A stretch of DNA of 63,666 bases, the filler included, from Basidiobolus ranarum (Eukaryota), in the NCBI GenBank assembly GCA_040143965.1. It is 13 parts of 13 records of this genome, joined end to end, with 100 filler letters (N's around TTAATTAATTAA, not from the genome) between each part and the next. Parts side by side here need not be neighbours in the genome. Positions count along the whole stretch, not along the records: positions 1 to 4,824 come from JASJQH010001817.1; positions 4,925 to 9,746 come from JASJQH010001818.1; positions 9,847 to 14,667 come from JASJQH010001819.1; 10 more parts are not named here. One strand, 5' to 3'. This document shows, piece by piece, positions 1-13,854 of the stretch. The translations under genes and the position numbers were made by a program. Numbering within the stretch: position 1 is the stretch's first letter; every line of letters starts with the position of its first letter. The notes under the pieces were generated by a model. That model was not told the origin of the DNA. It was given only the letters and a program-made list of their open reading frames with translations, and ran no database searches.

Positions 1-863
1 GTGGATCTGTATATCTGGTTCTGGAATACTCTGCCACTCCTGATGCAGATTGGGGAGGATACCTTGATGATATAAGTTTAGCTACTGGGTATACTTTCTC
101 TATGGTAATGGAGCCTTTACTTGGAATAGTAAGAAGCAACCAACCATAGCTCTTTCCACTACACAAGCAGAGTATATGGCTGCCTCTGTTACTACACAAG
201 AGGCTATGTAGTTAAGGAAGTTATTTACAGACTCAGGATACATGCAAAAACATGCAATTACTGTATTTCAAGATAATAAAAGTTGTATTTCATTAGCTAA
301 AAACTCAACACTTCATGCTTGAACAAAACATACAGATATCAGGGAGCATTGTGTTAGAGAAGCAATAGAGAATGATATAATTGAACTTGCCTATTGCCCT
401 ACTGAAGAAATGAATGCTGGCATCTACACCAAACCTTTAGCTGAAGCACAATTTGAATCGTAACATATGAGCTATGTCTAAGAGTACTTCAAAATGATAA
501 GTTGAGTGGAATTGTTGGAATTACATAAATAGCAACTCATTATTTCATAGTTAGTTGTTCATATTCAGATTATTTAGTACTCAATTCTGTCATTCAAAAA
601 TGTGCATTCATTGTACTAATTGATAGAAATATCAATTAGATTTCTTTTATCAATTTTCACCATTTTCCCAAAACTTCTCCAAATCACCTCAAATATTCAC
701 CCATGCTTAACAGGCATGTTTGTCATAATCTAAGCACATCCAATAGGTCTATTTCATAGTAAGCTATCAATAGGACATATTCAATTCAATAAAACTTGAT
801 TGTCTAATTCACAAATCCCAATCTTTTCCAAAACACTTCCAAGTCCCCTAAACACTTTTATTA
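1..863 (+). mobile_element. Ty1/Copia 3' end: degenerate RNase H, PPT and LTR (513-863)
   Basis: DADWGG...KKQPTIALSTTQAEYMA...TKHTDI RNase H motifs with stops. Purine tract GTTGAGTGGAA is followed by a TGTTG LTR homologous to 51304-51655 and 55465-55814. Confidence 0.9.
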
Positions 864-1700
864 GGATAATGAGTCTCTGTGCAATGCTCTTGAGTGAGTG
901 ATGATTCTGGTGATAGCTCCATCAATTGCTCCATTGAGTAACAGTATGCTTCCTGAGTTTTATTTCCCATTGTGCAGATATTCAGCAGTCTGTTGCAAAG
1001 TGGCCTCAGCTTCTTCAACCGAATAACTATCAGACTTTTGAAGAGTCTCAACAATGTTTAAGCCCTTCTTTCCTTCCTTTGGCTTACTCATTGGACAATA
1101 TCTATCACACTTTCCCTTCTTGTGGGATTTTAAGCACAATCATCCTTGTTTCCATTCATCAGTAGTGAGCTCTCTGAAAATGGAGCCATTCTCTATGGGA
1201 GGTCCTTCTTTTGGTCTCCCAGTGTGACTAGAGTATTTTCTGTCCTTCATAGAATATGATCTTTCCTGACAAGGTACTCATATAACCTACTAAGAGGAAA
1301 GTGTGAACACTATGTGACCTTCAATAGATAATGCTCGTAAAGCTATCATGAGACTTGGTAATACTCAGAATTCAAGCATCATTTGACTGCTAACTGAAAC
1401 TGTTGGATAACTGAGTTACAGTTAATTACTAGTACTGATCTTACTGGTCTGGATATAATAGCGATAAATAGATGGCTCCAGCATAGCATTAATGCTGAAT
1501 ATGGTATAACCTAACTAATGATTAAGCAGCTCTAAGCAGCAAGTTGAAATATGAAGTAGTGTCTTATGAAGGCTAACACAAAGTGTGCCATGGCTATCAG
1601 TGAGAGTTAGATTAGCCAAACTAACATGAAAGAGAAGTGTCTAATTGATATGTCACAAGTCAAGGAGTCAATTTATATGTGAGCGGCAATAAAAAAAATA

Positions 1701-2190
1701 TTGAATATTTATCACATCAAATTTCAAGAGGATTGGACAAACATCCTACCAGCTGGAGAAATAGATCATGCTATTACTATAGGAGACCATGAGCCTGTGA
1801 ACAACAGACCCTATCATATGAGTCCCTTGGAGTTACAAAGAGGAAAAGAGCACATTGACCTACTATTGGATCAAGGATATACCTGGCCAAGCAAGTCACC
1901 ATGGGTAGCTGCAGTCTATGTTGTCAAGCAGGAATGCAGAAACCTCCCAATATCTGTTGACTACAGAGCCTGGAATTCAATGAATGTCATCAATGAATAT
2001 ACTATCCCCAGCATAGAAAAGCCTCTGAGTCAACCTAATGGAGCCAAGACTTTTACCAAAAATGACTTAATGTCAAGCTATATGTAAATTCAAGTCAGAT
2101 AACTACATGTTTCCAAGGCCTACTCTTGGTCAAGATATAGACACCATAGCTATCTTGTCATGAGTCTTGCATTGATTAATGACCAGTTAC
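1701..2190 (+). mobile_element. Ty3/Gypsy reverse transcriptase N-terminal remnant
   Basis: DHAITIG..PVNNRPYHMSPLEL..PSKSPW..VYVVK..VDYRAWN..EYTIPSIE is the typical start of a Gypsy RT; the frame is broken. Confidence 0.85.
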
Positions 2191-2195
2191 ATTTG

Positions 2196-4824
2196 TAGAT
2201 AAACATGTTTGGGGGATTTGGAATTGTTTTAGATCTGATTTGATTTTGCAAAATAACCATTGAAGATTAATTTAGTAGAATTTGTCCTACTCATAGTTTT
2301 TTCAAATATTAGACTGTTGGATAAGTTTAGATCATAGAAAACATGCCTGTAAAGTATGTGTGAAAATATATGGTAATTTGAAGAGGTTACAAGAAAATAG
2401 TAAAGATTGGTAAAAGTGATCTATATGCTGTGTTCTAGCATGACTACAATGTTTCTGGCTGATAAAATGAAACTTTGCTTATCTTCAAATGTAGTGAAAT
2501 TGCATTTTTGCATGTATCATAAGTATGTAAGTTGCTTCCTTAACCACATAGCTTGTTGGGTAGTAGTGGAGGCTGCCATATACTTTGCTTCTCTAGTGGA
2601 CAGTGCTACCATTAGGTGCACTTGCTATTGCAACTTATAAATCCATTATAGTGGAAAAAGTGTACCCAGTGTTGATTTTCTATGGTCCAAACTAGCTCAA
2701 CTGTAGCTCTTGAATATCTGAATATATGTGGAATTGCCATTTGGGTTCAGTTCCAGGACTTCTGCATTTTCTGACAATACAGCCTTGACACAGTTGTTTA
2801 GACACATTCCCACAATTGTATACACTAAGCTGCCCACCATAAACCAACAGGGCCACTTTTGGCTTTGAGTTGAGTCATTTTGTTCTAAATTGAAGGAAAA
2901 TTTGATTGATTTCATGTTGAGATCTATTGGTGTTGCCACAGGCTTGATTTTCTCCAAATTGAAGTGCTTTAGAATGTTTTGGATGTATCTAGATCTATTC
3001 ATCATGTTTCCTGATCAGGTTTAGCACTCTCAATATGGATTCCAAGGAAATAACATAATTCACCTACATCAATTATCTGATATTGGTTTGATAAGCTGAA
3101 CTTTGTCCAATTGTGTACTTCTAGGTCCTTTCTAGCAATGATCAGGTCATCCACATATAGTACCAAAATATGTATTCAATTCCAAGCAGTTTGATAAACA
3201 TCCTTTAATCCACTGAGAATTCTTGGAATTCAGCAACTGAAAATGGATATCTATCATGTTGTTTGATGCTTTTGGTGCTTTCATGAGACCATGTAGCAGT
3301 ATTTGTAGCTAACATAACACACCAAGGATTTTTGAGTCAACAGATCTTTCTGTTATTTCTTGTTCCAGATTACCACTTGGAAAGTTGCTTTTAGATGCAT
3401 TTGAAGTAAATTTAGCTTACGGATAGCTGAGTGTGCTGGTATTATCTAATAGGGCTAAACTTGGCTAATGGAGCAAATGCTTTATCAAGTTCAACTTCTG
3501 GAGTTTAGGACAAGCCATTAGCTGCTGTTCTTGCTTTGTATCTTTCCGTAGTTTCATCAGCTTAGTTTTGACTTTGTGGAACAATTTGCAGCCTATTAGC
3601 TTTCCAACTGCTGGTAGGGAACTTGACACTCTGGTTTTACTGTCCTGTAGTAAGGAAATCTCTTCAGATGTTGCATTTCCCATAATTTTGAGTCAGGGGC
3701 TGCTTGACCTCAATCTAGTCTGTAGGTTGCTACATAATGTAGCAAAAGCATAGATATCATTATTGAAAGTGTTGCACCAGTTCCCTGGCTTGTTTCTCAT
3801 GGTGTGTGATGTTGGTAATCTTACATTGTTTTCTGATGTCATTGGGGCAGAATCTTGGGTTGAATTGGCATCATATACTGTGGGAATTTTTCAGACAACT
3901 TTGAAATAGTTCTAATTTTATTTTCTGGATCAAGAATGGTGATACAAGTTGAAAATTTTCTGTCATAAGAAATCACAGCTCTAAACTTGGTTTAGTTCAG
4001 ATTTTCATATCAAACAGTATGTAGGCTTGTGATCTAGTGGGGGTGGGTTTAAGCTGGATTCAGGAAAGAAGCTTTGCAACCAAAGAACCAAAGACACTCC
4101 ACACTTGATTTTGATCAATATATGAACTCAAATTGAGTACAATTTTGAAGCAAACCTGCTGGGCATCAGTGAAAAATAAAGACTGCAGTGGAGATACCCA
4201 GAGCCTGTTGTTAATCTAACTTCTACTCATTAAGTATTGCTCTTGCTATCATGATTACGGTCCAATTGGCACATTACACAGCCTTATTTTGGTGCAGAGT
4301 ACAGGGTGCAGTAATTTAGTATTTAAATGCATGCTTAGAAGCGATATTAGGAAAGTCTTGTGAGCATTATTCTGCATCATCAATTCTGCTAAGTATCATT
4401 ATTTTTTGTGCTGATATTTCCAAACCACTACTTAGTGGTGCCTGAATATAGCCACAGCTTCAAATTCTGAGCTCAGATGGAATACGTAAGTGTATTTTGC
4501 TTTGTCATCAATTAAGGTCATAATATTCATTTTGACATGCAGTGATATGTTTTTCATAGGTGCACATATATCATTAGGAGTCAGGGCCGCTTTCTGAGTT
4601 GATTTGATTTCTTCAAAGCTTGAAAACACCTGTCTGTGAAGCTTTTGATAGATACAACCAACACCCAGATTCAATTTAGTTAAATTTCCAATTATCCAGT
4701 CTGAAACAAGCAGATTTTAGATCTCTTGGGTTTTGTTCTCAATTCTGGTTTAATCCTCTAAGCCATGTTTGGCTGTTTATTTCACTAATTTTGGCCAAAT
4801 TTGCATGCCCAGAATTCACTTCGT
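2196..4824 (-). mobile_element. Degenerate Ty1/Copia (integrase, RT, RNase H, partial LTR at about 2196-2420)
   Basis: Minus-strand ORF fragments DICAPMKNIS..TLIDDKAKYTYVF, YIQNILKHFNLEKIKPVATP and MVGSLVY; reverse-complement LTR sequence at the left end. Confidence 0.85.
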
Positions 4825-4924
4825 NNNNNNNNNNNNNNNNNNNNNNNNNNNNNNNNNNNNNNNNNNNNTTAATTAATTAANNNNNNNNNNNNNNNNNNNN
4901 NNNNNNNNNNNNNNNNNNNNNNNN
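4825..4924. other. Artificial contig linker (first of 12)
   Basis: 44 N + TTAATTAATTAA (stops in all six frames) + 44 N. The same linker occurs at 9747-9846, 14668-14767, 19586-19685, 24502-24601, 29406-29505, 34305-34404, 39203-39302, 44100-44199, 48995-49094, 53889-53988 and 58779-58878. Contig lengths fall steadily from 4824 to 4788. Confidence 0.99.
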
Positions 4925-5691
4925 TTTTACTCTTTTGGATGGTGGATCCAATCCTGATCAAATTGGTTTTATTTTTGTTAGGGGCCCCTACAACTTCTGC
5001 TCCAAGTTGTTTACTGATCCTCAAACAGTTTGTCTTTCCAGTTTTAGAATTTGGCTACCTCTTCTTTCTCTCGCTTCCAGGCACTTTGCCAAACTTGACA
5101 TATTTGTAGTTTGGTATATCACTTCCCTAGTTTCCCATCTGCCTGAGTGCCCTTAGAAACATGCCATCCTTATTGCCTTTGGATTACTTCCATATAGTCT
5201 TAGAATACTCTACCTGAAGACTAGACTGTTCATCAGTATTGGCAAAAGTTAGAACCCTCTGATTATGTCCTGGGGAGGTTCCCACCTCTCTGATCCTTCT
5301 TCTTGCTGGAGAATACTGCTAGGAGATCCTGATGTCAGGAAATTTGCTTCCTTTATAGACAATCTGAGAAGCCCTCCCTTGCCTACAAGGAATACATGGT
5401 GGATCTTTGGCCGCAATATCTTCAGAAACACACTCCCTTTATGCTTTATGTTACTCCTAGGCTCATCCCACTTATTTCTATTGCTGACAAACCATTTTTA
5501 CCTCATTTGCTCCCTCCCACTCCACTTGATAGTGTCTTAGACTCTACTGACTTAACTTTTTGACTTTGCAACATTCATACCAATACTCCAGAACTTCACA
5601 CTTTGATTAAGAAACTACAAAAGTAGTTATGGCTTCTTTCTTTTGTTTGAAATAACAATTTTACCTGTTGGTGACTGTCTCCCCTAACCCT
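4925..5691 (+). mobile_element. LINE (non-LTR) 3' fragment ending in a hairpin and CCCCTAACCCT
   Basis: Frameshifted translation KQFVFPVLEFG..AKLDIF..AFGLLPYSLRILYLKTRL..NPLI..SSCWRILLGDPDV aligns with the minus-strand LINE at 12984-13850. Terminal motif at 5651-5691. Confidence 0.7.
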
Positions 5692-8408
5692 ATGCACTAC
5701 AGAAGTAAACAAGTTTTTACAAAGATACTCACATTTGTACCATTCATTGAATGAGCTAAGATCATTGTAGTCCCTAAAAAATTAGGGGTGAAATATAAGG
5801 CATATGACAAGTGCTATGCATCTCAGAAGTAATAAGGTTTTTTAAGTTAGGTGGGTTTAGTTGTACACAATTCTTTTATTTATACAAGTCAGAATACCTT
5901 AGTTACAGGCATATTGTATGTCACTCCACTTTAAAAATTTGTAGCACCCTTGCATTACACAGGTTGGCTAGCCTGAAAGCCACTTTCACTAACCTCAGTG
6001 CATTTCTGTATATATGTGTACATATGTATAACTATGCAAATGATATATAACTACTTATACAGGATAAATTATTGCTGAATATTAGCAATCTGTTATTTAC
6101 TAGTTTCTATATTTCAGACTTATGCAACAATTGTGTTATTGACAATTTTTTTATGATCCCCTATTTACTTGCTTAATATACAAATTATAAATGTGTAATA
6201 TCCAAATATCAAGCAAAAGAAGAAGTCAATTAATAATAAAATTGGACATATTCAAAACTTTTGTGCATCTTAATGAGGACATATTTATTTTGTTGACTGT
6301 AAATTTGAAATCTAAATTTTAGCACTGATTACATAGGTTTATTTGTACAAGTGTTGCTAAGGACATGCTTATAGACTAGATGTATACAGAAATCTTATAG
6401 AAAAATTAAAAAAAAACTATAAAAGTAGGCAATGATTTTGCCACAGTATTATAAACACTATCTCTTATTCACATGAGTCAAAGGTCTTTAGAACTGGATA
6501 TCGCTGCAAATACTGCACCCAGCAATCAGATGTGCAACTATAACTCTAGCACAGGCCACCATTGCTTCACAATTTTTTCATACATTTAGTTGCAGCGCTA
6601 ATCACATTTACTGCAGTGTATAGTGAAAACATACTTGTTTCATCGGACCAGGTCTGATTGCATGGTGGAATCAGGTATGCTACTACCCTGTCTGACATGA
6701 TCCATGACCTACCCATAGCATTTTAAGTTCGAAATTTGGACAAGCACAGTTCTTCTAATACTAGTGCTACATATATCATGAACTCAGTGGGTATATACTT
6801 GTCACACTTCTTTCCTTTTATGCTGAGAGGACTGCATCCTTGGACTCTGTGCTTTCATTAATATCCCCTTTCCTCTTTGTGAGGACTTCAATACCCTCTT
6901 ACTTCCTTTCTTAAGTGCTTGCTAAAAATAAATTTTCTCAACGAATACATTGCTGGAGCACTTTCCAGCACGGATTTTGTACTTGTGTATTACCCCGTCA
7001 CAAAGCGATCCAAAAATAAGCACTCTGCCAAATATAGAATTCCAGTTGCAAGAGAAAGATGAAGCATCATACTCTATCAGATTCTATGCAGTGTTCGATC
7101 TGAAATAGCCCAAGATGCTGCTGGTTAGAGGCCCAAACCACTTGAAAGTAGAAATCTTTATAGCACTAATACTGGCTCTCCGTGAAAGTTGTTTATTGAA
7201 AAATCCTTCAAATGGCATCCTTGTTAGTATACTTTTGTATTTCCAAAGCATCCTGTGGGCAAGGCAACGAAAAATTACTTTAATACATGCTTGCTTCTCC
7301 AGCCTATGTTGCATAGGGTCACGATTCTAACTAGAGAACAAGACACAAAATCAAGGTGCCAACACCACCACCACCCCTTTTCGAAACCATCAGCTGATCC
7401 CCTTTACTGACAATTTGCAGGAATCCAAATAGAAACAGCCAAGTTTCTTTTTCATTAATCAAATGAGCTCTAAACAACCCTTTATATAATGGCATTCGAA
7501 AATAGAGCAGCAAAAGTTTGATTCGATGATAGATACTTGAAGCATACTACACTGCTAAGCATACAATATGGGCGAGCAGACGAACCATGAACCAATCTAC
7601 AAAAGTCTCAGAGAAACCAAGCAATATTGATGTCTAGTCTGGTGTAGACGACTAGTGATTTAGGGGCTGAGTTAGGCATACCGCTAGATCAGAGTCTCTA
7701 AGGCGAGTGTCACATATATTACTTCAGATCTTTGGGTACCTTGCCTTCAAACGCCCCCGGCAGAAAGCGGAGATATGCTTAAATTTCAGAAACTGAAACA
7801 AAGCACAAAAAACAAGGCGAACAAGGAAATCCCCGAGTGTATCTTGCAATCAAGAAGGTGCTCAGGTACCTGCCGGAGAATAGATTTGGATCATCTGTAT
7901 CAAGATGGCTTGGAATCATGACGTTGAGCGATGGAGTCAAGTCGTTGCAGATTCTGTAGGATTAGCTCCAAATGAAACTGAAAACCATTCCCAATTATCA
8001 ACACAATCATGATTCATTGCTACAAAAGAATCACTAAAGTTTCAAGTGAAGCAATTTCTTGCATGCGATTTAATCTTTCGTATGAGATTGTGCATTAACT
8101 GTAAACGATAAGGCATTAAGCCAGACCGCCGCCGCTTCTATCCACTTCCTTTACCCCAAATAATTTGTCTCTTAGCCAGTCATTCTTTGTCGGCTATTCA
8201 CACCTTCAGGCGAAAATAATCAATAGGCCTATTTATATATTAAAAGCACTTCTTCCTACTTGATTTATACTTTAGGAGGCACCATTACTATCGCAAAAGC
8301 TTTGAAGTCACCCTACTAGTCTGCCTAATCCGACATTGTTCAATATTCTTTAACTCAGGTCATACAGAGTTATTATACTTTCCTCAAAGATCTTCAGCCC
8401 GACCACAA

Positions 8409-9746
8409 ATGGACTCAGCCGATAACGACGGGGCAGGTTCAGAATTAGGAAATAGTGCAGTATGGTTTGCAGGTTTCTTCTCTATCATTGCTACGGGAAT
8501 ATCCTTATATTGTATGTGGAGTCACTTGAAAAACTATGCAAGGCCGGTTAGTTGAAATTGTTAAGCCTTTTCTATTGCAAATGTATTGAAACGTATTCTA
8601 TTTTTTTAGAACTTACAACGTAATGTTATGAGAATCATATGGATGTATGTATGGAGTACTCTATGATGAAATCTTTTTCTTTCTTACAAAATTTGATTCT
8701 ACAGGGTTCCAGTGTATGCCATATCTTCTTGGATATCATTGTATTCCTTAAAAATCGCTTTTTATGTTGACGCTTTGCGCGACGTTTACGAGGTGCGTGT
8801 GCCTGCAATATCTGCACCTTCTCCATAAAATACTTATGCTAATATATGTATATATCTAGGCTTTTGTTTTGTACTGCTTCTTCAATCTTCTGGTAAACTA
8901 TCTAGGCGGGGAACGAGAGTTACTTAATTTACTTCACGGTCGCAAACCAACTAAACATATGTGGCCAGTAAACTGGTGGTCTAAAGAAATGGATGTAAGT
9001 TTCATTTAGTGCTTGCAGTGATGAACTCGAACTTATTTACATATATTATACGGGTGTATTGACTAATTAACTGATGCCTTAGATTGGTGATCCCTACAAT
9101 TTCTTGTTTGTAAAGGTAAGCTTTCAGCAATTGGAGTAAATGCAAGAGTTTTTGGTTCTGATTGTTCTGGTAGCGTGGAATACTTCAATATGTTTACGTC
9201 AAGCCAGTCTTGGCTACAGCAACGATGATATTGAAAGTATGTAACAATTTTAATGAGGGTGATTTATCGTTGACTTCGGGATACTTTTGGGTAGCATTCA
9301 TATACAATATAAGCGTATGCTTGAGCCTCTACTGCCTAGTGCTGTTTTTCATGGCTGCACAAGAAGATTTGAAGCCGTATCGGTACTACATTTCTCATTT
9401 CTAAATCAGTAACTTCACGTTTCACTAACTGTGCTATGATGTCGGAATTCACTAGACCATTTCCCAAATTTATTTGTGTCAAATCGGTCATCTTCTTTTC
9501 ATTCTGGCAAGGTCTTGCAATCTCTATATTGGTCATGCTAGGAGTCATTCGAGGAAGTATGTCTTTGGTAATTCAATTTGTATATAGCTACCTAGTCGCT
9601 AACCAAGTGACCATGTACATATTACAACCTATCTGATGTAGATGCTCATTTCAATGCTGATCAACTTGCAGTTGCCATTCAAGATTTTTTGATTTGTTTC
9701 GAGATGATATTTGCCGCCATCGGCCACTGGTGAGAATTTGGTTTAT
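8409..9746 (+). CDS. TMEM184/DUF300 (organic solute transporter alpha, Hfl1-like) membrane protein; multi-exon, 3' end cut by contig end
   Basis: Spliced GT-AG exons give MDSADNDG..HLKNYARP|NLQRNVMRIIWM|VPVYAISSWISL..LRDVYE|AFVLYCFFNLLVNYLGGE..|RGILQYVYVKP..|PFPKFICVKSVIFFSFWQG..|IQDFLICFEM. Confidence 0.93.
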
Positions 9747-9846
9747 NNNNNNNNNNNNNNNNNNNNNNNNNNNNNNNNNNNNNNNNNNNNTTAATTAATT
9801 AANNNNNNNNNNNNNNNNNNNNNNNNNNNNNNNNNNNNNNNNNNNN

Positions 9847-11407
9847 GTTTTCCCACTACCATGGCTGATGACCTCTCCACACAGATTGCTACACGTTCAT
9901 CTGGTCGAACACCAAGCTCAATCAGCTGATGTGCAAGACAGTTAGCACGTTCATTTAGTTCTGCATAACTAAAACGCTGATCTCCATACATGAGTGCAGT
10001 AACTTCTGGGGTACGTACTACCTGCTTCTCAAAAAGATGGTGTATACACTGGTATTCAGGATATGGCATAGCGGTATCGTTTAAATCCATTAGTAAGCGA
10101 TAGCGCTCCTCGGTATCAATCATTTTCACTGCAGTTACTGGCTGTGAAGGATTTGTAGCGAGGGTATCTAAGAGAGTCAGTATACGACGTTGATGGGCAA
10201 CCAATTCATCGGCCGTGTATAGTATTGGATTTGCCACAAAGTCAATTCGTAAAGGACCATCACTATATCCAATATATATATTGATTGCCAGATCATCAAT
10301 GGGTCCAGTAAGGAGGTTGTGGGCTGTCGATAGATATTTTCCAAAGGATACATTACGGTCAAATGGCATAAAGTTGATTGTAGGTCCGTATAAGTGTTGG
10401 TTTCGCCCTAATCGAGGATTTCTCCTCAGTTCCTCACTTCGATAGCGTTGGTGTTTCAAACCTACTTGAATTTCTTGTGCTACCTGCTCTATCACTGATG
10501 AAAGGCTAATACCCGATTGAAAGGTGATTCGGATAGGAAGGACATTTGATGTTGTGCCAGGGACATTCCGAGCGTCACCAAAACGAGCCTTGACTGGGAA
10601 TCCTAACGTTATCTCCTCAATACCAGTCCAACGGTAAAGATATGTAGCTATTGCGGCAATTACAGCATAAGTGAAACGACGAAGATCAGAAGAAAGAGTG
10701 GAAGCTGACTGAGAGGAATAATGAATTGTCTGGCTTATAGGTAAGTGTACGGAAACCCCTTTTTTGCCAGTAAGCGTCGCAGGCTCTGGCCAATCCTTGC
10801 AGTGCTCAAGCCAATATTCCTGATCGTTGGTAAATTGTGAGGAATTACGATAATCTATATCACTCTGAAGAAGAACGGATAGTGGCTTCATTGAACATTT
10901 TGGTGCAGTGGTGCCCTCAACCAGAGAACTGTAAATTTGAGCTGCTCGTTGTAAAACAAGCACTGCACCATATCCATCAAATATAATATGATGGATGCAT
11001 TGATACCAAAGATATCTATGTGCTTCAACCTTCAGCAGAGCATATCTAAACTTCAAGCCATAGTGAAGATTTATGGGCTGCTCGTAGTCATTTCTCATCC
11101 AAGCTTCAGCGGCTTCTTGAGGATTAGCGTCAGTACTGACGTCGATCAAGGGCAATACCCAATTTAATGGACCGATAAACTGTTCTACGCCGTTTTCACC
11201 TTCTATGAATTGCAATCGCATGCATTCGGCTTCCATTAGTACTTGTGACAAAGCTTCCTTGAATAAAGTTGGAATTATGATGCCAGGTATTTCTATGAAC
11301 TGAGCAATATTGTAGATAGAGCTTTCAGGATTGAGTTGCTGTGCCAGCCATATTTCTATTTGCACAGCGGATAACGGATACATTATCGGGTGTGTGGAAG
11401 CAGTCAT
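9847..11407 (-). CDS. Bacterial-type NRPS, starter condensation domain plus start of adenylation domain; intronless, truncated by contig end
   Basis: PLSAVQIEIWLAQQLNPESSIYNIAQ, catalytic HHIIFDG, QRYRSEELRR, and A-domain start CIHHLFEKQV..TP..SYAELNERANCLAHQL..GVRPDERVAICVERS. ATG at 11407. Confidence 0.95.
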
Positions 11408-12283
11408 TTTCACTTGAGGATATCAACTATATGTCTAATGATTTTATAGAACAGCAGACCAAAGTTATAACTGTGATCAGTCTAGGGTAAATATTAAGTA
11501 TGAATCAAAATATGACAGTAAAGATGAGTGCCTACAGGTCTGGCTTTTCCAAATGTTCTAGCGTTGTGCTACAATGAACCAACAATCAATGGTGTGATGC
11601 TAATATTGAGCAGAGCTTTGACGATAAAATATGTATGTTGATGAAATTGACTGCAGATTACAATGTACGGGTAAGTGACTTAATATATGCTTTGAAAAGG
11701 TCTGTTAAACGCTGCATTGACTCAGTAAGTAGGATATGAATATGAGGCGTGATCTGGGGGAATTGAAACATTGACGCTCAGTAACATCATTGCATAGAGT
11801 TGCAGAGTGCATAACCAGCTAGTGTCAAGTTGGAGATTTCTGGTGATATGAAGATATGGATACATTTTTAACATGACAGAGCATGATTTCTGAAATGCTG
11901 AATTATCTCAGCAGCTCGTCTGGGGATGGGCTTTCTCTTTACATTACAATGTATCCATTGAAGATGATTCCAGTAGATGTTCCAGATTTTATTTAGGGGG
12001 TGAGTAGGGGGTATTATAAATCATTGGGTTGCAGTATTGTGGAACTACGATATCAAATCTTCCTGATATGCATGATAGTTTACCTCCTCTGTCACTGGTA
12101 GCTACAAATCGCACCCATGAAGTCTAATTTATATCAACACGATATTAAGGAGAGCCAAAGAGATTGTAGGTGCTTCTTCACGTGTCCATCATTTGGATAC
12201 AGCTCAGTAATGAAGAGAAGTACATGCCACAATATCACCAAGACAGGCATCAACAGGTACTTTTTAAGAATAGATGTGTATGG

Positions 12284-12440
12284 GCTAGGGTTAAGGGGAT
12301 GAAAAGCACCACTTGGCGTGAACTTTATTTAGCTTATATACTAATCTAAACAAAGTGACATTTAGGACATCAATCTCCTCACATATTGTGACAACTTAGG
12401 ATCATATCCATGCTTAACTTCCATCACTTACACCATGCTG
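12284..12440 (-). mobile_element. Short LINE 3' end, family A copy 1
   Basis: About 130 nt shared with 12984-13140 and 14492-14667; ends (element sense) ...TTTTCATCCCCTTAACCCTAGCCC. Confidence 0.75.
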
Positions 12441-12983
12441 CTCTTTTGGTAAGAGTGCTGAATTTTATCAATTTGATTGGTGAAAATGTATTAGGGTTAT
12501 AATCATTGCAGCAACAGTGCAATTTTCCTACTGCTTATACTGGGCTGATATTTTGGTAGGAGTGAAGAATATTAACTTGATTGGCCCACCTCTTTTATAA
12601 AACTGGTACTACACCGCTAACAAAAAGCACTTGTTCAACCTGAATTACCATGCCTCTGAGAGCTGGTGGATCTTCTTCCATTTTGACCATACTGTCCATG
12701 GTAGGACTAAGGCTGGAAATGGAGGAGACAATTGCAATGAAAATGGGGGCATTGGAGATGGTGCATACAACGCAGGTAAGGGTAGTACTGCAAATGGTGA
12801 TGGTAGCAGTGACTTTGCTGATGACAATAATGGAGATGGCACTCAGAATTCTGGAGAGAGTGGTTGTTGATGTGGTGCTGGAAGTGGTTGTTCTGGCAAG
12901 AGAGGAGATAATGGCAATGATATTGGTGGTGAAGGAGCCGGTTCTCATGATGCATGAAATAATTGAGAGAATGGAAATAGCAC

Positions 12984-13850
12984 TTAAGGGGATGAAAAAC
13001 ACCACATGGTGACGACTTTATTTAGCTTAAATACTAATCTAAACAAAGTGACAATCAAGACATGAATCTTTTGAGATATTGTGACAATACTGCATCATAT
13101 CCATACTTAATTTGATGACCAATGTATTTAAGTTCAGAGGATGTAAATATAGTGTTAAGGGGCAGAGGTAGAAAACAGAAAGGAATGTACTCAGTACAAA
13201 CTAGATGGACAATTGGACAAAAACCTGAAATAATGGGAATCAAGAAAGATGTCTTCAAAGCAAGGTATTGCTTCCAAAGGTCTAGTTGGAAGTCTATAGC
13301 AACAATTTTAGGCTGTTGTGTTTTGTGCAGCTGTAAAGCTAACTCAGAAACAACAGGATCATCTTGCATCAATTTCCAGCATGATAGTGCATTTGAAGAT
13401 GGTGTGGCTTGCAACTTCTTAATCAGTGGATTACTGCATTCACTTAGTTGGAGTAGAAATCTTGCCCTGAGTAAAACTACTCTAATATGATATGGGAAGA
13501 ATCCAAAAGTTCCATTCAGAGTATGATCATGGGGAGTCTCAGGCAAGTCAGGCATCCACAGCCTGAGTCAGTAGCATATGAATCTATCAAGCTTAGAGTA
13601 GTATCTTTGGTTGAGTGGGAGCAGATGTACTCCATATTCCAGAACTCATATCACAAATTGCTTGCAAAGTCTTTGACAGCCATGAAAAGATGTATTGGGT
13701 GGTGTAACAGCAAGTAACTTGTGAACAGCCTGTTTAGCCAAGGCAAATCTAACTGACAAGTGTTTCTTCACATCAATGCCAGTTTGATTAAATGGGAAGC
13801 CTAGACATGTTGCATGTGGCTCATATGAAGTAGCTAAGTATCATACAAGG
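12984..13850 (-). mobile_element. LINE 3' fragment (RT thumb/C-terminal region), family A copy 2
   Basis: CLGFPFNQTGIDVKKHLSVRFALAKQ..KQFVI*VLEYG..KLDRF..LRLWMPDLPETP..FGFFPYHIRVVLLRARFL resembles the post-RT YLG...P.LEYG region of non-LTR elements. Confidence 0.8.
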
Positions 13851-13854
13851 AAAT

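Noticed and set aside
6630-6660. WSDE on minus as a Tc1/mariner catalytic motif
   Set aside because: It falls inside the 94-nt repeat and no other DDE motifs follow.
12595-13012. Five overlapping ORFs with biased composition
   Set aside because: Low-complexity, CpG-poor sequence between LINE ends; no frame has recognisable motifs.
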